Shown here piece by piece: positions 57,743 through 64,000 of a stretch of DNA of 64,000 nt (positions are counted from its first letter, which is position 1; the number at the start of each line of letters is the position of its first letter). The position numbers and the translations under genes were made by a program. The DNA comes from Truepera sp. (GTDB lineage Bacteria > Deinococcota > Deinococci > Deinococcales > Trueperaceae): the NCBI GenBank assembly GCA_965218435.1, contig CBDCKW010000009.1:3200001-3264000 (forward strand). Reading direction: 5' to 3'. Below the pieces are notes generated by a model. The model had not been told where the DNA came from. It ran no database searches and was given only the letters and a program-made list of their open reading frames with translations.

Positions 57743-58750
57743 ATGGACTACCGCTCACTTGGCCGCACCGGCGTCAAAGTCAGCCCCCTTTGCTTGGGCT
57801 GCATGACCTTCGGAGCCAAAACCGAACCCGACGACGCCTACCGGATCGTCGACCGTGCCATGGACGCGGGCATCAACTTTATCGATACAGCCAATGTTTA
57901 TAGTCGGGGTCGGAGCGAAGAAGTGACCGGGGAGGCGCTTAAACGTAACGGTCAGCGCGATAAGGTGGTGCTCGCGACCAAGGTTCATGGGGTCATGGAC
58001 GACAACGACCCTAACGCACAGGGCAACAGCCGTCGCCACATCATCGCGCAGTGCGAGGCGAGCTTGCGCCGCTTGCAAACGGATCACATCGACCTCTATC
58101 AGATTCACCGGCCGCAGCCTGACATTCCTATTGATGAGACGTTGCAAGCACTCGATGACCTCATCCGCAAGGGGTATGTGCGTTATGTCGGCACCAGCAC
58201 CTACGCCGCCTGGCAACTTGTCGAAGCTTTATGGGTCGCCAAAGAACTCGGTCTTAACCGCTTTATCTGTGAACAACCACCCTACAATCTGCTCGACCGC
58301 CGCATCGAACGAGAATTGCTACCGATGGCGCAAACATACGGATTTGCCACTATTCCTTGGAGTCCGCTGGCGGGCGGACTGCTTACCGGTAAATACAGCC
58401 GTGATACACCGCCACCCGCAGAAAGTCGTTACGGCGATGTGCAAAAAGGTTCACCACAAGAGAAGCGGATGACTGAGGCAGCGTTTGACGTCATTGAGGG
58501 TTTAGAACCACTCATTGCCGAAAAAGGCTTCACCATGTCGCAGTTCGCCCTAGCCTGGTGTGTCCAGCAGCCCGGCGTGACCAGCCCAATCATCGGCCCA
58601 CGAACGATGGAACAGCTCGAGGATAACCTTAAAGCGCTCGAGGTCGACGTTTCAGCTGAGGACAGAGCTAAGGTCGACGAGCTTATTGCCCCGGGACAGA
58701 TGGTCTCACCTTTTTACGAAGCGGCGTTCGGTCCTCATCCGTACCGGTAG
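57743..58750 (+). CDS. Aldo/keto reductase
   Basis: LGCMTFG, DTANVY, ATK, DLYQIH, WSPLAGG, PIIGPR; SD AGGAGG. Confidence 0.95.
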   Translation: MDYRSLGRTGVKVSPLCLGCMTFGAKTEPDDAYRIVDRAMDAGINFIDTANVYSRGRSEEVTGEALKRNGQRDKVVLATKVHGVMDDNDPNAQGNSRRHIIAQCEASLRRLQTDHIDLYQIHRPQPDIPIDETLQALDDLIRKGYVRYVGTSTYAAWQLVEALWVAKELGLNRFICEQPPYNLLDRRIERELLPMAQTYGFATIPWSPLAGGLLTGKYSRDTPPPAESRYGDVQKGSPQEKRMTEAAFDVIEGLEPLIAEKGFTMSQFALAWCVQQPGVTSPIIGPRTMEQLEDNLKALEVDVSAEDRAKVDELIAPGQMVSPFYEAAFGPHPYR

Positions 58751-58927
58751 TGAAAGTACTCATTAGTTCGGTTCATCGGTGTGATGACATGGATTGAAGA
58801 GGTAATGGTTCAATTACGGATGATGGCACTGCTCTCGGGATTTTAGCGGCGCAGAAACCGCGGCGCTTTTGTAGGCGATAAAAGTTTATCTCGAACCGAC
58901 ATAGCCGCCCACTACGTATCTTTGCAG

Positions 58928-58963
58928 AGCAAAAGCCCAACGCAGTGGTGGGCTTTTGCTTTT
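58928..58963. terminator. Bidirectional Rho-independent terminator
   Basis: AGCAAAAGCCCA-loop-TGGGCTTTTGCTTTT between convergent genes. Confidence 0.8.
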
Positions 58964-59019
58964 ACGTAAGAAAGGCTTATTGCACCGTTACACTTTTGCT
59001 GATGACTCTAGAAAAGCTG

Positions 59020-60714
59020 CTAATTTGACGATTGCGCAAGAACAAGTTTTTGAACTTTGCCGGTGTTGCCAGCTGGTCCGGCGTTCTCAGTTGTCAGGAC
59101 ATAGATTTCGCCATTTGAGTCTTCCCCGAAGCCAAGCACAAAAAGCTCGAGGTCAGCTAGTTTTTGAACACTCCATAAGCCGCCAGCGTTGCCGGGGTCA
59201 GCAACAAGAAGTTGCCCTTGAGCTTGGTCAAAAGAAGAACTCCAGTCACCGAAAACATACCGGCCTGAAAGTGCTGGAATTGCGCTGCCACGGTAGACGT
59301 AGCCTCCTGTCACCGAACTTCCTGCAATCGGGCTATCTCCCTGATTAGCAAGGTGCGGATATTCGATGATCGGTAGGGTGAGCGGTTCACCATCCGCGCC
59401 GACCCGGTTGCAGGATTCAGGTGACTGATTAGGTTCTTGTGTCGAAAAGCAGTGTGTGCCCTCGAGGACGTTCCAACCGTAGTTAGCCGGCCCATCAACT
59501 AGATAGACGGCTTCCCATAAATTCTGTCCGTTCGTCGTGACGAAAAGGTTATGGTTTCCGCCCCGATCAAATGACATCCGCCACGGGTTACGCCAACCCC
59601 AAGCGTAGATTTCGTCTGCTCCTTGACGCCCAACAAAAGGATTGTCTTGTGGAATGGCGTAGCCTGGATACCCTCGGTCAACGTCAATGCGGAGGATGTT
59701 GCCAAGCATTGACGTGATGTCTTGACCGTTGCCGATGGGTGGATGTCCAACCGCCACGTCGTCGGCTGCGCCCCCATCACCGAGGGAAATATAGAGGTAA
59801 CCGTCTTCAGGACCAAACGCCAATGCCCCACCGTTGTGATTCATCTGCGGCTCGTCTACCTCAAGTAAAACCCTTTCCGAATTAGGATCGGCGACGTTAG
59901 GGTTGTCCTCTGAAACCATGAATTCAGAGATATGCGCGGTGTGGTTCCAGTTGTCAGGTGCCGAGTCACGGAGCGGCGCGCTGTAGTACACATAAAAACG
60001 ACCGTTGTTGGCGTAGTCCGGGTGAAACGCTAGTCCGAGAAAGCCGCGCTCATCGTACTGTTCGTCTAGGTCGACCATCCGGTCGCTGAGGTCGAGAAAG
60101 GGCTGCTTGCGGAGCTGACCGTTTTGGTTGAGGATATAGATTTGCCCCGTCCGATCAACCACAAAGCGGCGTGCGTCGCCAGCTGGCGAGGTGAGAAATA
60201 CCGGTGAGACCAGCCCCTCCGCGACCGTTTGCAGCCGGACGTTGGGTAACCCCTGACTTCCGCCGGCCGTTTGTGTAGCGGTGGTGTCATCGCCTGATAC
60301 TGTCGTCGTTGCCTCTCCTTGCACAACTTCAGCGCCGCCTTCTGACTGAGCGGTTTCGTCTCCCTGCGTCGCCTGACCGGAACGCTGTTGGGCAACCTGC
60401 TCAGCCGTAACCTCGCCAAAGCTGTTGCCCCAACTCGTACGCTCGAAGGTTGCGACAGCGGCGATCTGTTCGTCCGAAAGCTGATCGCGAAACGCCGGCA
60501 TTCCCGCGCCTCCGTTAAGAATGCGGCTGATGTGGTAGTCGGCGCTCTTCAAGTTTTGGTTGCCTGCTAGAGCTGGGCCTGCTCCCCCGGCACCATCAGC
60601 CCCGTGGCAGGCGGCACACTGCTGATAAACTTGCTTCCCTTCGTTTTGTGCCTGGACAGTTAGAAACCCGGCCACAAATACAGCTGAAACAACTACGGCG
60701 ATTTTGCGCTTCAT
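59020..60714 (-). CDS. Cytochrome c domain fused to PQQ-dependent glucose/sorbosone dehydrogenase (GSDH) domain, secreted
   Basis: Signal peptide, CAACH haem motif, GAGMP; ERGFLGLAFHP, NHNGG, GDGG, GWRNPWR, GGYVYRG. Confidence 0.9.
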   Translation of the reverse strand: MKRKIAVVVSAVFVAGFLTVQAQNEGKQVYQQCAACHGADGAGGAGPALAGNQNLKSADYHISRILNGGAGMPAFRDQLSDEQIAAVATFERTSWGNSFGEVTAEQVAQQRSGQATQGDETAQSEGGAEVVQGEATTTVSGDDTTATQTAGGSQGLPNVRLQTVAEGLVSPVFLTSPAGDARRFVVDRTGQIYILNQNGQLRKQPFLDLSDRMVDLDEQYDERGFLGLAFHPDYANNGRFYVYYSAPLRDSAPDNWNHTAHISEFMVSEDNPNVADPNSERVLLEVDEPQMNHNGGALAFGPEDGYLYISLGDGGAADDVAVGHPPIGNGQDITSMLGNILRIDVDRGYPGYAIPQDNPFVGRQGADEIYAWGWRNPWRMSFDRGGNHNLFVTTNGQNLWEAVYLVDGPANYGWNVLEGTHCFSTQEPNQSPESCNRVGADGEPLTLPIIEYPHLANQGDSPIAGSSVTGGYVYRGSAIPALSGRYVFGDWSSSFDQAQGQLLVADPGNAGGLWSVQKLADLELFVLGFGEDSNGEIYVLTTENAGPAGNTGKVQKLVLAQSSN

Positions 60715-61034
60715 CGTGTTCCCCCTAACAAATTGGCGGTAGCCAAACGCAGTGTAACCTTTGTCTTTAGCGTTTTAGTTGGCAGCTCCTAACAGTTGTT
60801 CCGTCTTCCAAGCTCTGATCTGATGATGCGCACTGGGCCAGTCCGGCTTGTGCGTGATTACGGCCCAACTCACGCATAAACCATCCACACGCCAAGCTAC
60901 AGCCAAATGTCGGGCGAACCGAAATACATACCAAGGGACAGACCTGTACACCTCAAAACATATAAATGGCGGCTCTCGAGCCTCCCTCGCACAAGTCCAA
61001 ATCATCCCCGTCCGGGTGATAGCATAAAAGCCTG

Positions 61035-63112
61035 ATGGCAGCGATTTACCAACGTGCGAGACCGATTACGTTTGCTCAAGTCATCGGTCAAGAACACGTC
61101 AAAGCGCCCTTGCAAGCGGCACTTTCTCGGGGCCGTATCGGTCATGCGTATCTGTTTTCCGGGCCTCGAGGCGTCGGTAAAACGACAACGGCAAGACTCT
61201 TGGCAATGGCGGTCAACTGCGAACGAGACGAGAAGCCGTGCGGAGAGTGCGAGTCGTGCCTGCTCGTGCGACAGGGAAATCACCCGGACGTGACTGAACT
61301 CGACGCGGCGAGTAACAACTCGGTTGAAGACATCCGCGATTTACGCGAGAAGGTCTATTTGTCCTCGGTACGGGGCGGGCGGCGGGTATGGGTCTTAGAC
61401 GAAGCACACATGCTCTCAAAATCGGCGTCGAACGCGCTCTTGAAAACGCTCGAGGAACCCCCCGAAGGTCTCGTTTTTGTGTTAGCCACAACCGAACCGG
61501 AAAAGTTGCCACCGACGATTTTGTCGCGGACGCAGCACTTCCGCTTTCGGCGGCTTTCTGAAGGGGAGATTGAGAGTAAGTTGGGGCATCTAACGCAGGA
61601 AGCCAAAGTTGAGGCTGAACCCGGCGCATTGGCCCTCGTCGCCCGCGCCGCTGACGGTGCGATGCGGGACGCCGAATCGTTGCTCGAGCGTCTTTTGGCA
61701 AGTGGCGCGACGATTACGCTCAAAGACACCGAACGCGCCCTCGGTCTGCCGCCGCAGACCCGTATGCAGACGCTTGCTCGTTCTCTGGCTGAACGCGACC
61801 TAAACACCATGCTCGGCGAAGCGAGCGCCCTGTACCGCGACGGGTTTGCGCCGCGTAGTCTGGCCGAACGCCTGACGCTCGAGCTTAGAAATGCGCTCTA
61901 TACGCAAGTTGGCCTCGATGAAGGCTTTTCGCTGACGCTGAGCGAAGACGACCTGCTCCGCACAATTCACGCCCTTGATGATGAGATGGAGCGGTTTGTC
62001 CGTTACGACGACCTGTTTTCGCTCGAGGTCGCCCTGATCAAAGCCGTCAACGCGTTGTCTCAAAACGTGCCCCGCCCGGTTATGGATTCAGCAGCCTCTG
62101 AAGACGTGCAGCCTGCACCGTCTCAGCCTAGACCCCAACCTGCACCTCGCCCCACCCCCCCAGCCTCAACGAACGGCCTTCCCGATTTCGACCCGACAGG
62201 CCGCCCCGCCCCGGTTCGCTCACCCCCTGCGGACGCACAACCCACAAGCACGCCTACACCGGCAGAGCCCATCCCACCTTCTACGCCGGCCACCAAACCC
62301 GACCGCTCCAAAGCCTCGTGGCACACCGTGCAGAGCCGCGCCGGAACGCAGCTTAAGGCGTTTATGCTGCCTGCCAAAGCCGACATCGAAGGGTCAGACA
62401 TCTTTTTGCGTTTTGCCGACACCCACAAGTTTCACTTTACGCAGCTTAAAACTCGGCAAGACGAACTCGCCACGCTGGTTAAAGACGTTCTGGGTGACGG
62501 GTATACGCTGCACCTCGAGGGACCGGGGGAACGCCTTACAAAAAAGTCGTAACGGAGCGCCCAGGGGCCGCTCCGACCACGCCCCCAACCAACGCACCGA
62601 CTCAACCGGCAAAACAACCCAAACCTGAGAAGCCGGAACCCGTAGCGGACGTAGCACCACCGGTCGCACAATCTACCCTGGAGCCCAGCCCCGCGCACAC
62701 GCCGCTGATGCCTCCTCCTGGTGTCCAGTCAAACGGCACCGTAAACGCACCGCCCCACACACCCGACGAAACCGCGCCGCTGCCACCCGAACCGTTTGCC
62801 CACGAACTGCCGCCAGACTTTTGGGGCGACGACCCTGTCCTCCGCGAAGTGCCTCAACATGCGCCGGACACCTATACTGACGCCGTACCCGCACACATCG
62901 TTTCAGAACAGGCGCAATCAGCACAGGTAAAACCGCTGACAGGTCCCTTACAACGTGACCCCCGCTTCGTCTTACTAACCGAGCTGTTTCCGGGCCAGGT
63001 TACCGATTGGCAGAGCGCCGAAGCTGCCGCTGCACCCGCCCCAGATGACGCCGACGGAGGGCCTGAAACGGTAGACTTAGAAGAAGGTTTGGACGCTGAC
63101 GAGCCCGATTAG
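61035..63112 (+). CDS. dnaX: DNA polymerase III subunits gamma/tau: 505 aa in frame 0 (stop 62552), about 692 aa through a -1 frameshift at 62540-62546
   Basis: GPRGVGKT, CGECESC, DAASN, DEAHML, SRTQ; the -1 frame is open from 62546 to 63112 and includes track ORF 62708..63112. Confidence 0.9.
62525..62575 (+). other. Programmed -1 ribosomal frameshift cassette
   Basis: Internal SD-like GGGGGA (62525-62530), slippery A AAA AAG (62540-62546), 6-nt spacer, hairpin CGGAGCG...CGCTCCG (62553-62575). Confidence 0.85.
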
Positions 63113-63183
63113 ACTCACTACCGCAGGTATCATCCGGAAATGGACGCAACCACTTTCAGCTGAGCTGTCTAACACGCACATAC

Positions 63184-63189
63184 TATAAT
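63184..63189 (+). promoter_or_regulatory. -10 box upstream of ybaB-recR
   Basis: Perfect TATAAT followed by SD AAAGGAG before ATG 63225. Confidence 0.55.
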
Positions 63190-63224
63190 GCACGTAGTCC
63201 CTCAACGCTTAAAAGGAGCTTTTT

Positions 63225-63536
63225 ATGAACATGCAAAAACTGATGAAAGAAGCGCAAAAAGCGCAAAAAAAGATGCAAGAAGCGCAGGAGCGGTTAGCGA
63301 ACTTGTCGGTCACCGGCAGTGCAGGCGGCGGCTTGGTTACGGCGACCGCTTCGGGTGACGGTGCAATTACCGCGGTCAAGATCGACCCCGGCACCGTTGA
63401 CCCTGAAGACGTCGAGCTCTTAGAAGACCTCGTGATGGCGGCGGTCAACGACGCGCAGCGCAAAGCCAAAGAGCTGCAAGAGACCGAGATGGGCGCGGCG
63501 ATGGGCGGTATGGGCGGCCTCGGGGGGATGTTCTAA
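63225..63536 (+). CDS. ybaB: YbaB/EbfC nucleoid-associated protein
   Basis: MNMQKLMKEAQKAQ...GSAGGGLV...DVELLEDLVMAAVNDA; conserved dnaX-ybaB-recR synteny. Confidence 0.95.
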   Translation: MNMQKLMKEAQKAQKKMQEAQERLANLSVTGSAGGGLVTATASGDGAITAVKIDPGTVDPEDVELLEDLVMAAVNDAQRKAKELQETEMGAAMGGMGGLGGMF

Positions 63537-63539
63537 AGC

Positions 63540-64000
63540 TTGAAATATCCACCCGCTCTAACCCAGCTTATCCGCGAGCTGGGGCGACTGCCCGGTATCG
63601 GCCCGAAAAGTGCCCAGCGGCTCGCGTTTCACCTTTTTAATCGGCCCGACGACGAAGTGCGTGGTCTCGCTGAGGCGCTCTTAAACGCGAAGGGCAGTTT
63701 ACGGCAGTGTGAAGTCTGCTTTAATATCACCGACACAGAGCGGTGCGCCGTCTGTACCGACGCGCAGCGTGAACAGAGCCTCATCTGCGTGGTTGAAGAA
63801 CCCGCAGATTTGTTAGCCATTGAACGCTCCGGTGAGTATGACGGGCTCTATCACGTGCTGCACGGCGCACTTTCGCCGATGAACGGCGTGGGGCCGGATC
63901 AGCTGACGATTCAGCCCCTTTTGACGCGCCTTAAAGACGTTGACGAGGTCATCTTAGCAACCGCGACGACCGTCGAGGGTGAAGCAACGGCGATGTACTT
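63540..64000 (+). CDS. recR: Recombination mediator RecR (partial, runs off the window; absent from the ORF track)
   Basis: TTG start, MKYPPALTQLIRELGRLPGIGPKSAQRLAFHL...CEVC...CAVC...ICVVEE...YHVLHG. Confidence 0.95.
   Translation, partial: MKYPPALTQLIRELGRLPGIGPKSAQRLAFHLFNRPDDEVRGLAEALLNAKGSLRQCEVCFNITDTERCAVCTDAQREQSLICVVEEPADLLAIERSGEYDGLYHVLHGALSPMNGVGPDQLTIQPLLTRLKDVDEVILATATTVEGEATAMY

Noticed and set aside
60715..61034. Possible SRP RNA (ffs) upstream of dnaX, a common location
   Set aside because: The conserved CAGG-GRAA-AGCA domain IV motif was not found on either strand.
62708..63112. Stand-alone 134-aa hypothetical gene
   Set aside because: No SD, and the frame is open back to the slippery site; better explained as the -1 frame extension of dnaX.
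63120..63160. c-di-GMP-I riboswitch-like fragment (GGAAATGGACGCAA)
   Set aside because: No GCAAAC partner strand or second hairpin; too short to support.
1..64000. CRISPR array, tRNA, rRNA, prophage or integrase
   Set aside because: No regularly spaced repeats, cloverleaf motifs, rRNA signatures or phage genes were recognised by eye.

Overview
A 64 kb bacterial chromosome segment of moderately high GC. It most likely comes from phylum Deinococcota and may be Truepera-like. This is inferred from a Hera-type DEAD helicase, an E3-binding-domain coiled-coil protein, MglB, and many genes with a -10 box directly before the start codon. Main contents: (i) a type IV pilus-class chemosensory operon (CheY/PilH, CheW, broken MHYT, MCP, triple-Hpt CheA-REC) ending in REC-DUF4388 and REC-Roadblock genes, with an orphan mglB nearby; (ii) housekeeping genes (DEAD helicase, rsmF, hisN, dgt, rsgA, dnaX-ybaB-recR); (iii) a divergent, translationally coupled pair of SPFH-like membrane proteins; (iv) a stress cluster around a Mn catalase; (v) an intact IS5-family element and several decayed toxin-antitoxin or defence remnants. 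The most notable non-obvious signals are: a complete -1 ribosomal frameshift cassette in dnaX in which shifting yields the LONG product; a promoter, SD and 28-codon leader ORF cut off from rsgA by the IS; and roughly 10-fold over-representation of the palindrome CTCGAG (hand count, first 6 kb only). No rRNA, tRNA or CRISPR array was recognised. All family assignments come from motif recognition by eye, not database searches.
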